Shown here one piece after another: positions 9,902 through 20,700 of a DNA stretch of 64,000 nucleotides. Where the stretch lies: the NCBI GenBank assembly GCA_022573715.1, contig JACZTL010000005.1:7265-71264 (forward strand), written 5' to 3'. Every line of letters begins with the position of its first letter. Positions within the stretch are counted from its first letter, which is position 1. The translations under genes and the position numbers were made by a program. Source of the DNA: Bacteroidota bacterium. GTDB lineage: Bacteria > Bacteroidota > Ignavibacteria > Ignavibacteriales > Ignavibacteriaceae. The notes below the pieces were generated by a model. That model was not told the DNA's origin. It worked only from the letters and a program-made list of their open reading frames with translations, and ran no database searches.

Positions 9902-11254
9902 ATGAGAACCATTCTCAGCATGCTTTGTGTAGTAACATTTATATCTGCAAGTTATGCACAACAATTTTTAAGTTTAGATAAAGCAATAACAATTGCTTTA
10001 CATAAAAATACAATTTTACAAAAATCAAAGAACAATTTAGAAGTTACAAAATCGGGTGTGAGAGCAGCAGTCGGTAATTTTCTGCCCACACTTTCAGCAA
10101 GTAGTAATTGGAATTGGAACAGGTCTGAAGATGCAGGAGGAACAATAAACATCAGTGGAACTGTAATACCTGTACCAGCATCAACAACCGAATCCAGAAA
10201 CTTTAACGGTAATCTAACAGCTAGATTAATGTTGTTTGATGGGCTATCTAATTTTGCTACTCTCTCTAAAAGTAAAAATGATTTATCCGCCGCAAGATTA
10301 GATCTCCAAAGATTAAAGCAAGATATTGTATTTCAGACTATCACACTATATTACAATGTTATAATTGGCAAACAGTTACTTCAAGTTAGAGAAGATGACT
10401 TAAAATGGAATAAAAGAAACCTGGAAACAGTTACCGAAAGCAACAAACTTGGTGCTGTAACTCTTGCAGATGTTTATGCTCAACAAGTCAAGACAGGTAA
10501 TTCAGAATTAGCATTAATTCAAGCTCAAAACAATTTTGAAACTGGTAAAAGTAATCTCTTAAATTATTTAGCATTAGATGTGCTTGGAGATTACAAATTT
10601 TCAAAAGAACTAACTCCCGAGGAAAAGTCTACTCTTAATGAAAAGATAAATATAGATTATAAAAATATATCGCAGTTAGTCTCTCAAGCATTAAATGTAA
10701 GAACAGATTACCAAAGTGCACAATTAAAATTGGAAAGTGCAAATAACGGAATTACAATTGCAAAGTCAGGGCATTTTCCAACTTTAAGTAATTCATTTTC
10801 TTACAATTTAAGAGCAAATAGATTTGAAAACTTCTTTGATTCAAGGACATACTTCGTAGGATTATCATTAAATATTCCAATTTTTTCAGGATTTAGAGTT
10901 TCTAATAATGTCCAATTTGCAGAAGTAACTGCACAAAATAAAGAAATTGATTTAAGCGATTTGGAAAGAGTAATTAAATTGAATCTTCAAAAAACCTATC
11001 TCGATTTGAAAGCAGCAGATAAAAGTTTAGAGGTAAATAAAAGAAATGTAAAAGCTGCAGAAGAAACTAGAAAAATAGAACAAGAAAGATACACCCTTGG
11101 TTCCGGCACTTTGCTGAATGTACTTATTGCAAGTTCAGATTATACAAATGCACGGACAAATTATATAACTGCTCAGTTTGAATATATCAGGCTAAGTAAA
11201 CAATTAAAGTATTATTTGGGTGATCTAAATTATAAAAAGTATGAAAAAGATTAA
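9902..11254 (+). CDS. TolC-family outer membrane efflux protein
   Basis: Signal peptide ending SASYAQ. Two-repeat TolC-like organisation with typical coiled-coil segments. First gene of an efflux operon. Confidence 0.85.
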   Translation: MRTILSMLCVVTFISASYAQQFLSLDKAITIALHKNTILQKSKNNLEVTKSGVRAAVGNFLPTLSASSNWNWNRSEDAGGTINISGTVIPVPASTTESRNFNGNLTARLMLFDGLSNFATLSKSKNDLSAARLDLQRLKQDIVFQTITLYYNVIIGKQLLQVREDDLKWNKRNLETVTESNKLGAVTLADVYAQQVKTGNSELALIQAQNNFETGKSNLLNYLALDVLGDYKFSKELTPEEKSTLNEKINIDYKNISQLVSQALNVRTDYQSAQLKLESANNGITIAKSGHFPTLSNSFSYNLRANRFENFFDSRTYFVGLSLNIPIFSGFRVSNNVQFAEVTAQNKEIDLSDLERVIKLNLQKTYLDLKAADKSLEVNKRNVKAAEETRKIEQERYTLGSGTLLNVLIASSDYTNARTNYITAQFEYIRLSKQLKYYLGDLNYKKYEKD

Positions 11255-11271
11255 TTTAAGGAGAATAACTA

Positions 11272-12570
11272 ATGGCTAACGGGAAACAAAAAAAATCAAA
11301 GAAAAAATTATTTATTTTCGGTGGACTAGGCATATTAGTAATTGCTTTAGTCTTAATTGCACTTTTAGGTGGAAGCAAAGAAGATATAATTGCCGTACAA
11401 ACTGAAAAAGTTGATAAGAGAGATATTACACAAACTGTAACAGCTACAGGTACTATAAACCCTGAATTTAAAGTAAAGATTACTCCTGAAGTTACAGGGG
11501 AAATTATGAAACTTCCTGTAGATGAAGGTGATAAAGTTAAGAAAGGAACTTTATTAATTCGAATTCAAGGGAAAACATATACTGCGCAAAAAGAAAGAGC
11601 AGATGCTGTTTTACTATCTTCAAAAGCAACATTATCAATGCGAAGAGCCGAACTTGATAAAGTTAAAGCTGCTTATAATAGAGTTAAAGAATTGCAGGCA
11701 AAAGGGTTGGCAAGTAATTCTGAACTGGAAACAGCGGAAAGCAATTATTTATCATCGAAAGCATTATATGAAGCTCAACAATCAGCAGTATTACAAAGTA
11801 AAGCATCTGTAAAAGAAGCAGATGATAGACTTTCTAAAACATCAATTTATGCGCCTATGGATGGTACAATTAGTCAATTAAATGTACAACTTGGTGAAAG
11901 AGTACTCGGAAGTGGGTTCAGTCAAGGTACAAATATTATGACTGTTTCTAACCTTAATAATATGGAAGCTACAGTAGAGGTAGATGAAAATGACGTAGTT
12001 CTAATATCAGTAGGTGATACCACAAGGATTGAAATTGATGCATTTGGAGACAGAATCTTCAAAGGAATTGTAACTAAAATTGGTAATACTGCGAAAACAG
12101 GTGGTTTAGGTACACAAGACCAGGTTGTTAATTTTGAAGTAAGAATTAAATTAATTGATACTGATAAAAACCTTCGACCGGGAATGTCTTGCACTGCAAA
12201 AATTGAGACTGAAACTATTAAGAATGTTTTAAGTGTTCCATTGCAAAGTGTAACAGCAAGAAATGCATCGGAATTAGCTAATGGAAAAAAGGACAAAAAA
12301 ACAAATGATAATAAACCACTTAATGTTAAAAAAAGAACTAAATCAAAACAGAAACTTCAGGAAATAGTTTTTGTAATTAAAAACGGAAAGGCTGATTTTG
12401 CCAAAGTTAAAACAGGAATAAGCGATGATAATTACATACAAATAAAATCAGGTTTAAAGGAAAATCAAGAAGTTGTTACCGGAAGTTATCGTGCAATTTC
12501 TCGTGAATTAAAAAAAGGCTCAACTGTAAGAGTTGAGAAAAAACGTAAAAGTGGTATTCGAGAAAAATAA
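11272..12570 (+). CDS. efflux periplasmic adaptor (HlyD/MacA family)
   Basis: N-terminal TM anchor, a lipoyl-like segment ([20 protein letters not shown]), a coiled-coil hairpin and a beta-barrel region ([16 protein letters not shown]). Confidence 0.85.
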   Translation: MANGKQKKSKKKLFIFGGLGILVIALVLIALLGGSKEDIIAVQTEKVDKRDITQTVTATGTINPEFKVKITPEVTGEIMKLPVDEGDKVKKGTLLIRIQGKTYTAQKERADAVLLSSKATLSMRRAELDKVKAAYNRVKELQAKGLASNSELETAESNYLSSKALYEAQQSAVLQSKASVKEADDRLSKTSIYAPMDGTISQLNVQLGERVLGSGFSQGTNIMTVSNLNNMEATVEVDENDVVLISVGDTTRIEIDAFGDRIFKGIVTKIGNTAKTGGLGTQDQVVNFEVRIKLIDTDKNLRPGMSCTAKIETETIKNVLSVPLQSVTARNASELANGKKDKKTNDNKPLNVKKRTKSKQKLQEIVFVIKNGKADFAKVKTGISDDNYIQIKSGLKENQEVVTGSYRAISRELKKGSTVRVEKKRKSGIREK

Positions 12571-12587
12571 AAATAACGGAACAACAA

Positions 12588-13310
12588 ATGAACATAATTA
12601 AAATTGAACATATTGCAAAAATATATCATTTAGGTTCGGAAGAAGTTCATGCTTTGGCTGATATCTCTTTAAATATTGATAAAAACGAGTACGTAGCTAT
12701 AATGGGACCCTCAGGATCAGGAAAATCTACTTTGATGAATATGATTGGTTGTCTCGATACACCGACTTCTGGTATTTACGAATTTACAGGCAAAAATGTA
12801 AGTGATATGTCAGACAATGAACTTGCAAAAATTAGGAACAAGGAAATTGGATTTGTTTTTCAAACATTTAATCTTTTAGCAAGATCGGATGCGCTGCATA
12901 ATGTTGAACTGCCTCTGATTTATGCCGGCATTTCGTCACATGAAAGAAAAGAAAGAGCAGAAAAAGTACTTGTTGATGTTGGTTTAGGTGATAGGATTCA
13001 TCATAAACCTAATGAACTTTCAGGTGGACAGAGGCAAAGAGTAGCAATTGCCAGAGCGTTGGTTTCTCATCCTTCTATTATGTTGGCTGATGAACCAACA
13101 GGTAATCTTGATTCTAAAACAGGCGAAGGAATTATGACTTTGTTTAATGAACTACACGAGAAGGGCAATACAATTATTTTAGTAACTCACGAAGGATATA
13201 TTGCTGATCACGCTGTAAGAATTATAAGATTAAAAGATGGATTAATTGAATCTGATGAAATAGTTGAAAAAAGATTTATCCCAAATAATAAAAAAGTTTT
13301 AGAGAGTTAA
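12588..13310 (+). CDS. ABC transporter ATP-binding protein (MacB/LolD type)
   Basis: Walker [10 protein letters not shown], signature LSGGQRQR, Walker [13 protein letters not shown]-loop VTHE. Confidence 0.9.
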   Translation: MNIIKIEHIAKIYHLGSEEVHALADISLNIDKNEYVAIMGPSGSGKSTLMNMIGCLDTPTSGIYEFTGKNVSDMSDNELAKIRNKEIGFVFQTFNLLARSDALHNVELPLIYAGISSHERKERAEKVLVDVGLGDRIHHKPNELSGGQRQRVAIARALVSHPSIMLADEPTGNLDSKTGEGIMTLFNELHEKGNTIILVTHEGYIADHAVRIIRLKDGLIESDEIVEKRFIPNNKKVLES

Positions 13311-13350
13311 ATATTTAGTATTTTAAAAAAATTAATATCATAGGTTTATA

Positions 13351-14586
13351 ATGAGGGATTTTTGGTTTGAAATGAAAGAGGGATTATTTATTGCGCTTCG
13401 TGCACTTAGATCAAATAAGGTACGTGCAACACTTACAATGCTTGGTATTATTATTGGTATTACATCAGTAGTTTTAATGACAACAGCAATTAAAGGTATA
13501 GATGGAGCATTTCAGAAAGGTATAAGTGCTTTAGGCTCTGATGTTTTATATATTGATAAATTTGCCTGGTTTGGTAATAGAGATTATTGGAAGATGCGAA
13601 ACAGAAGAAATCTTACTATGGATGATTATACTAGATTTAAAGGATTAGCAAAATTACCTAAAGCTTTTGCACCTGTCCTTAGATCAAGAAAAACTATCAA
13701 ATTTGGTGACAAAAATGTAGAAGGAGTAATTCTTATAGGTTCAACTTCAGATTATGTAGCTACAACTAATTTTACTTTTAACCTTGGTAGATTTTTTTCT
13801 CAAACTGAAAGTAAATCTGCGAGAGATGTTGTAGTACTCGGTAGTGAGGTTGCAAAAAAAATATTTCCTCGAGGTAATGCATTAGATAAAAAAATAAAAA
13901 TTGGGAATCACAACTTTAAAGTAATTGGCGTATTAGCCGAGCAGGGAAGTTTTATTTTAGGAAGTTTTAATCCTGATAATCAGGTGTTTTTACCAATAGG
14001 ATCAATATTTAAATATTACCTTAATAGATCAAGGGGTTCAATTACAATAAATATTCGAGCCCAAAATCCGGCAATGGTTGACGATACAAAAGCAGAAGCA
14101 ATTGGTGTTATGCGAAAAGTAAGAGGACTTAAATACGACGAAGAAGATGATTTTGCAGTTAATCAACAAGAAGGTTTAATGAATAACTTTAACAGTATAG
14201 TTGGTGTAATACAAATTGCTGGATTATTTATTACAGGTTTAGCTTTATTTGTAGGTGCAATAGGTATTATGAATATTATGTTTGTTTCAGTTAAAGAAAG
14301 AACAAAAGAAATCGGTTTAAGGAAGGCAATTGGTGCTAAAAAAAGGACAATTTTGGGACAATTTATCTTAGAATCTTCTGTAATTTGTTTATTTGGAGGT
14401 TTAATAGGATTACTTTTAGCTGTCATTTTAAGCATGGTTATTGATCAATTTCTACCTACTTCAGTTCAATACAGTGCTGTGATAATAGCAATTGTAATTT
14501 CTTTAATTACAGGGGTTGTAGCAGGATTTGCTCCAGCTTACACTGCTGCTAAGATGGATCCAGTAACAGCTTTGAGGTATGAATAA
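13351..14586 (+). CDS. ABC transporter permease, FtsX/MacB family
   Basis: N-terminal TM, a large periplasmic domain and a C-terminal FtsX 3-TM bundle (KERTKEIGLRKAIGAKK). Ends ...DPVTALRYE. Confidence 0.85.
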   Translation: MRDFWFEMKEGLFIALRALRSNKVRATLTMLGIIIGITSVVLMTTAIKGIDGAFQKGISALGSDVLYIDKFAWFGNRDYWKMRNRRNLTMDDYTRFKGLAKLPKAFAPVLRSRKTIKFGDKNVEGVILIGSTSDYVATTNFTFNLGRFFSQTESKSARDVVVLGSEVAKKIFPRGNALDKKIKIGNHNFKVIGVLAEQGSFILGSFNPDNQVFLPIGSIFKYYLNRSRGSITINIRAQNPAMVDDTKAEAIGVMRKVRGLKYDEEDDFAVNQQEGLMNNFNSIVGVIQIAGLFITGLALFVGAIGIMNIMFVSVKERTKEIGLRKAIGAKKRTILGQFILESSVICLFGGLIGLLLAVILSMVIDQFLPTSVQYSAVIIAIVISLITGVVAGFAPAYTAAKMDPVTALRYE

Positions 14587-15818
14587 TGAATTTATTACAA
14601 ATTTTATCAGTTTCTTTAAACTCACTAAAAAATAATAAACTTAGAGCAGGTTTAACAATTTTGGGTGTAGTTGTAGGTATTTTTTCTATAATTGTAATAA
14701 TGACTATTATTACAATGCTCCAATCCAGTATAGAAAACGGTATGTCTCAATTAAGTCAGAATACATTCCAAATACAAAAAATGCCTTTTTTAAGAACCGG
14801 TGGACATGCAGAAAGAAGAAAATTTAGAAACCGTAAAGACATTACACTTGAAGATTTTTATAGATTTAAAAAATTGTTAAAAGGTGCACAATATGTAGGC
14901 GCCGAGCAATGGCAATTCGGTAAAATTATAAAATATAAGAACCTATCAACAAATCCTAATATTCAAATTGCAGGAGAAACAGTTGACGGACTTAAAACTA
15001 ATGATTGGCATGTTGCATACGGCAGAACTATTAATCAACAGGATGTTGACCATTCAAAAAATGTTTGCTTAATAGGTAATGATGTTGTTGAAAAATTATT
15101 TCCCAATATAAATGCAGTGGGGCAGGTTATACGTGTTCAAAATTATCCGTTACAGGTAATTGGAGTTTTGGAAAAGAACCCTCAAATGTTTGGTAACAGC
15201 AGGGATAATAGAGTTGTAATGCCACTTTCTACATTTCAGAACCTCTACGGAAAAAGAAGCCGAAGTGTAAATATCATGGTTATGGCTGAAAATAAAGAAA
15301 ATTATGATCAAGTGATTCAAGATGCTATTGGTTACATGCGTACAATTAGAAAGGTGAAACCCGGTGAAGAAAATGATTTTGAAATTTTTAGTAATGAGTC
15401 ATTAATTCAACAAGTAAATGTAATGACATCAGGAATTAAAATTGGTGCTTTGGTTATATCTATTATTGCACTGCTTGCTGCAGGTATTGGTATTATGAAT
15501 ATTATGCTAGTTTCGGTAACAGAAAGGACAAGAGAAATAGGTATAAGGAAAGCAGTTGGTGCCAAAAAATCTAATATCTTAATACAATTTTTATTAGAAG
15601 CAATAGTACTATGTCTTATAGGAGGATTTATAGGTATTTTGTTAGGGGTTGGAATAGGTAACTTTGCGGGTAGTTTCATAAATGCACAGGCTGCAATACC
15701 ATATGATTGGGTAGCAATTGGTTTGTCTTTATGTGTTATGGTTGGAATTATATTTGGTACATATCCTGCTTATAAAGCATCTAATTTAGATCCTATTGAA
15801 GCATTGCGACACGAATAA
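14586..15818 (+). CDS. ABC transporter permease, FtsX/MacB family (paralog)
   Basis: Same architecture as the preceding gene (TERTREIGIRKAVGAKK; ends DPIEALRHE). ATGA overlap with the upstream gene. Confidence 0.85.
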   Translation: MNLLQILSVSLNSLKNNKLRAGLTILGVVVGIFSIIVIMTIITMLQSSIENGMSQLSQNTFQIQKMPFLRTGGHAERRKFRNRKDITLEDFYRFKKLLKGAQYVGAEQWQFGKIIKYKNLSTNPNIQIAGETVDGLKTNDWHVAYGRTINQQDVDHSKNVCLIGNDVVEKLFPNINAVGQVIRVQNYPLQVIGVLEKNPQMFGNSRDNRVVMPLSTFQNLYGKRSRSVNIMVMAENKENYDQVIQDAIGYMRTIRKVKPGEENDFEIFSNESLIQQVNVMTSGIKIGALVISIIALLAAGIGIMNIMLVSVTERTREIGIRKAVGAKKSNILIQFLLEAIVLCLIGGFIGILLGVGIGNFAGSFINAQAAIPYDWVAIGLSLCVMVGIIFGTYPAYKASNLDPIEALRHE

Positions 15819-15931
15819 TTCTGTTATTAAAATCTCTTATATAAAAAGTATAAAATTTAATTTAGGTTTTGTTATATTAATTGTATTATTAAATTAATAT
15901 TTAAATTGATATAATTATCTGGGGAATTGAA

Positions 15932-16072
15932 TTGTTAATTTCAGAATCCTTTTCAGTATCACTCCATCCTATTAAAAGCTATAAATTAAGAGCAGGATTA
16001 ACTATTTTTGGTACATATCCTGCTTACAAAGCTTCCAACCTTGATCTAATTAAAGCACATCGATATGAATAG
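15932..16072 (+). pseudogene. internally deleted relic of a third FtsX-type permease gene
   Basis: My translation is LLISESFSVSLHPIKSYKLRAGLTIFG|TYPAYKASNLDLIKAHRYE*. The left part matches the N-terminus of 14586..15818 (LLQILSVSLNSLKNNKLRAGLTILG). The right part matches its last residues (FGTYPAYKASNLDPIEALRHE*). Confidence 0.6.
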
Positions 16073-16238
16073 AAGTTTTTAATAAATTAAAAAAAAATTA
16101 AGAATTCTCTTTACTTATTATTAACAATTATTTATATTCTTATTCCCTTCCAAATTTTGATGAAGGCAATACTAAGGGAGTAGATATTAAATATTTGTAT
16201 TTGCTAACCTTGCTATTAACATATTAAACCTGAGGAAT

Positions 16239-17066
16239 TTGCTTATGACAAAAGTTATATCCGTAGCTATTCCAAAGGGGGGTGTTGGCAAATCTACTAC
16301 TGCAGTTAATTTAGCTGCCAGCTTTGCAATAGCAGAAAAGAAAACATTATTAATTGATTTTGATGCAACCGGCTCAAGTACAATTTGTTTTGGTTTTGAC
16401 AAGAAAGATATTATTGGAAATATCTTTGATGTATTGAGTTTTAAAATAGCAATTGGTGAAGTAATTTGTAAAACTGACCTTTCCAATTTAGATTTAATAC
16501 CATCTAAGATTCAATCTACCGATGAAGAAAGACTGCACAAAATCACTAATAACTTCCTTCTCTTTAGTCACATTTTACACGAAGAACAATTTACCATATA
16601 TGATTATATCATAATTGATTGTCCCCCATATTTACAAGGACTTACAACTATTTCTTTAATTAGTTCTGATTCGGTTATTCTGCCTGTAAAAGCAGGCAAA
16701 TTTTCTTTAACTTCTATCAGCAAAATGATTGAATATATCGGATGGATAAAATCCAGGTATAATTCTCGTTTAACAATAGAAGGCATTCTCTTAACAATGT
16801 ACGAGCCAAATACTACTGTCTGGAAAAAGACTTCTAATAAGATAAATGAGAATTATAGTGATTTAGTTTTTGATACAGTCATCCCCCGAAACACAACTCT
16901 TTGTGAAAGTGAGTTTTTTGGTAAACCAGCTGTTTTAATCAATTGTAATTCATCGGGAGCAAAAGCTTATTTGAAATTTGCACGAGAGATACTGTCAAAG
17001 GAAAAAATCAACAAACATGAACCAATAGTATTGAATGTAGCTTATAGTATAGGTTTGAGTCATTAG
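16239..17066 (+). CDS. ParA/Soj-family P-loop ATPase, no ParB partner in the window
   Basis: Deviant Walker A KGGVGKSTTAVNLAA and a Soj-like C-terminal region (VIPRNTTLCESEFFGKPAVL...GAKAYLKFAREIL). ATG at 16245 is the more likely start: GAGGA lies 8 nt upstream of it. Confidence 0.8.
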   Translation: MLMTKVISVAIPKGGVGKSTTAVNLAASFAIAEKKTLLIDFDATGSSTICFGFDKKDIIGNIFDVLSFKIAIGEVICKTDLSNLDLIPSKIQSTDEERLHKITNNFLLFSHILHEEQFTIYDYIIIDCPPYLQGLTTISLISSDSVILPVKAGKFSLTSISKMIEYIGWIKSRYNSRLTIEGILLTMYEPNTTVWKKTSNKINENYSDLVFDTVIPRNTTLCESEFFGKPAVLINCNSSGAKAYLKFAREILSKEKINKHEPIVLNVAYSIGLSH

Positions 17067-17107
17067 TCGATCTTTAATAATAATTTGTGGATGAGCAGGT
17101 TATTACT

Positions 17108-17320
17108 TCAATTTTTTAGTTTCAATTTCTCTATTTTTTGATCTAATTCTTCAATTGTTTCAAAAATTTTTTCCATCTCTTCTTCCTCAATGTATGTCTC
17201 TTTACATTCAGAGCAAACAAAAGCCGGAAGTTTTTTTATATCTAAATTATAATCGGCTCGTTGAATATTAAATACAACATAATCAATAAACATATCATTG
17301 TAACATTTCAAACATTCCAT
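17108..17320 (-). CDS. YgiT/MqsA-type zinc-ribbon protein, putative antitoxin
   Basis: 70 aa with CxxC...CxxC (CLKC...CSEC) followed by an acidic tail. It overlaps the upstream DUF4258-like gene by 13 nt. Confidence 0.6.
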   Translation of the reverse strand: MECLKCYNDMFIDYVVFNIQRADYNLDIKKLPAFVCSECKETYIEEEEMEKIFETIEELDQKIEKLKLKN

Positions 17321-17637
17321 ATATCTTCTCTGTTTTTAGAATTATCATCCCATTTTTTTTCTTCAGGCAAATAAGCAGTAATTATCTGAAGGAAGTTTTC
17401 AGTGGGATAACAGACTAAATGTATATATCTTTTTTCATTACCTCTTCCGCTTATCAAACAAGTGTGTCCACGTGTATCAAAAGGATAATCTTCAATTATC
17501 TCACAACTATTTATCACTTTATGGATCTCATTAGGAGATATCATTCTGTATTGTTTAACACACTGTTTGGCAGAATGCATAGTAAATAAAATATTTTTAT
17601 CTGCTGATTGTTGTATTTTTAAAATTAAATCATTCAT
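17308..17637 (-). CDS. DUF4258-like protein, putative toxin
   Basis: The pattern H...R.IS..EI..VI...EIIEDYP.D.RG..CLI.G......YIHLVC.....L.IITAY.P....W matches my recollection of the DUF4258 family, which is typically paired with YgiT-type zinc-ribbon genes. Confidence 0.6.
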   Translation of the reverse strand: MNDLILKIQQSADKNILFTMHSAKQCVKQYRMISPNEIHKVINSCEIIEDYPFDTRGHTCLISGRGNEKRYIHLVCYPTENFLQIITAYLPEEKKWDDNSKNREDIWNV

Positions 17638-17790
17638 ATTTTTAAAGTAAATTTTTGTAAGTAGAGTAAATATAAATATTAAGCAGAATAAATTAAATTA
17701 TTATTTGATGTATTTATTTACTTTAATTATTTCCTTGCAAGATTAAAACTCTAATTTTAGATTAAAGTTAAATTTTAAAATAATCTACTT

Positions 17791-20700
17791 TTGAAATTCT
17801 TAAAACAACTTAAGATATTTTGTGCATTTATTTTTCTATTTCAATTAAATAGCTACGCGCAAAATAACTTCAAATACATAACACACACCGATACATTATT
17901 AATCAATTATGAAAATTTATATAAAGTATCTGGCCTTACGGTTATACCATCAACTGAAACTATTTACTTAAATAATAAAATACTAAATAGAAATGAATAT
18001 AGTTTTACTTATTCAAAAGGTATATTTACCCTGTCGGATTCACTGTATTACTCAAATTATGATACTCTAATTGTTGTATATAAATCTTTGAGATTAGCAT
18101 TAAACAAAGAATATAAAAAAAGAACGTTAATAAGAAAGTTAGATAAAACAAAAAGTGACAGTATAAGTTATGTGGTTAGAGAAACAACATCTTTAACTGA
18201 AGAATCTATTTTTGGAAGAAATATGCAAAGAAGCGGAACTATTGTAAGAGGATTTACTTTTGGCACAACAAAAGATTTTTCTTTAAACAGTGGTTTGAGA
18301 TTACAACTTTCCGGGTGGTTATCTGATGATATAGAAGTTGTTGCAGCTTTGACTGATGAAAACACACCAATTCAGCCGGAAGGCAACACAGAAAGGTTGG
18401 AAGAGCTTGATAAAGTTTTTATTCAGCTAAAACATCCAAATGCTCAGGGTACTTTCGGTGACTATTTTGTAAAAAAGCAAACTGGTGAATTCGGTGTAAT
18501 CGATAGAAAATTGCAAGGATTAAAAGGTGAATTCAATTATAAATCTTCAGCTGGTTTTATATCTTTTGCATCCTCAAAAGGAAAATTTAATACAAATTCT
18601 TTTAACGGACAGGACGGAGTTCAGGGACCATACAGATTAACTGGGATTAATAATGAACCTGATATTATAGTTATTGCAGGGACAGAAAAAGTTTATATAG
18701 ACGGTATTCTGCAAAAGAGAGGTGAGCATAATGATTATGTAATTGAATACGGTAATGCCCAAATAACATTTACTCCGAATAAATTAATTACAGTAGACAG
18801 TAGAATAAATGTGGACTTTGAGTATACAGATAGACGATATTCGAGAAATTTTTTTGGTGCAGGAAGTGTCACAAAATTTTATAACAATAAACTAAAACTT
18901 AGTTTTCAATATATAAGAGAAGGCGATAATCAAAATGCACCAATTGATATATTACTGACAGACACAGATAAAGATATACTGCGAAACGCCGGAGATGATA
19001 TCAATAAAGCAACAAGAACCGGTATTTCACTTGCACCAAAAGATTCCAACGGTATAAGACAGGGTAGGTATGAAAAAATTGATACACTTATAAACAACAA
19101 ATCTTTTTCTTTTTACAGATATAATCCGGGTAACCCAAATTCAATTTACAACGTTGCATTTAGTTTTATTGGTTCTGCTAAAGCTGATTATTTACGTGAA
19201 AGTTTAGGCGTGTTTAAGTTTGTAGGTATTGGAATGGGTACATATTTACCGGTAATATTTTTACCCATGCCCCAATTAAATCAAGTGGGGAATTTTATAA
19301 TTAACTATAAGCCTAAAGATGGAATTGATCTTAGCTTTGAGTACTCGGGTAGCATTTTTGATAGGAACAGATTCTCTGATTTGGATGACAACAATAATTT
19401 TGGTTCGGCAAGAAATATTCATCTAAATATTTCTCCGCAAAAAATAGTTATAGGTAATTTTAAACTCGGGAAAATAGGTTTAACATATAAAGACAGATTC
19501 ATTAGCAATAAATACAGTCCGATTGACAGAATTAATACTATTGAATTTAACAGAGATTATAACCTAAATTCTTCTTTGGCTAATTTAGATCAAAATTTGA
19601 GAGAACTAAATCTTACGTACCTACCTTCAAAAAATTTATCAATTAATTCATTCTTTGGATTTTTAAGACAAGGTTCACTCTTCAAATCTGATAGGTATAA
19701 AAATACTATCCAGTATAATAAGGGTAATGATATAAATGCTTTTTATAATATTGATTTTGTTAAAACTGAAAATACAAATTTTACATCTAAATGGACCAGG
19801 CAGATAGGGGAAAGCAAATTTAATGTTTTCGGACTAACATCCGGTCTTAATTATTTAGCTGAAAATAAAGAAGAGATTAATTTAAATTCAGATTCATTAT
19901 TGGGCGGTAGTCTCAAGTATTATGATTATACTCCTTATTTATCTTACGAAAAGATAAATGGGTTAAAATTATCCTTCAAATATTCTTTCAGGAAAGATTA
20001 TGCTGCAATATCCGGGGATCTGTTAGAACAGGCAAATTCACAGGGTCAATTTTATGAAATTAATTATAGCGGTACTAGAACAATAAATACACACTTAACT
20101 GTTGTTTTAAGAAATAAAATTTTCGAAAAAGAATTTAAGGACAGAGGATTTAAAGACAGTAAAACAGTTTTAATTCGGTCTATCTCAAATATAAGATTAC
20201 TGCATAATGCTTTAACAGGGAATATTTTTTACGAAGTATCTACGCAAAAAACTGCAAAACTTCAGCAGATATTTGTTAAAGTTGAAAAGGGAAAAGGGAA
20301 TTTTATTTTTCTAGGAGATTTGAACAAAAATGGGATTCAAGATGAAAATGAATTTGAGCCTGCTTTATTTGACGGTGATTATATTAAAATTACTATTCCG
20401 ACAGATGAATTATTCCCTGTTATTAATTTAAAAACAAGTACTAATTGGAGAATAAGGTTTTCTGAATTTGTGAATAAAAATTCAACCTTAGGTAGGATTT
20501 TAAAACCGTTATCTATAGAAACTTTTTGGAGAGTTGAAGAAAACAGTCGCGAGGAAGATCTAAAGAAAATATATCTTTTAAATTTTTCATCGTTTCAAAA
20601 TATTATAAACACAATACGTGGTTCAAACTTTATTCAGCAAGATGTATTTATAAATGAAAATTCTTATGAATTCTCTCTCCGCTTCCGATTTACTCAATCA

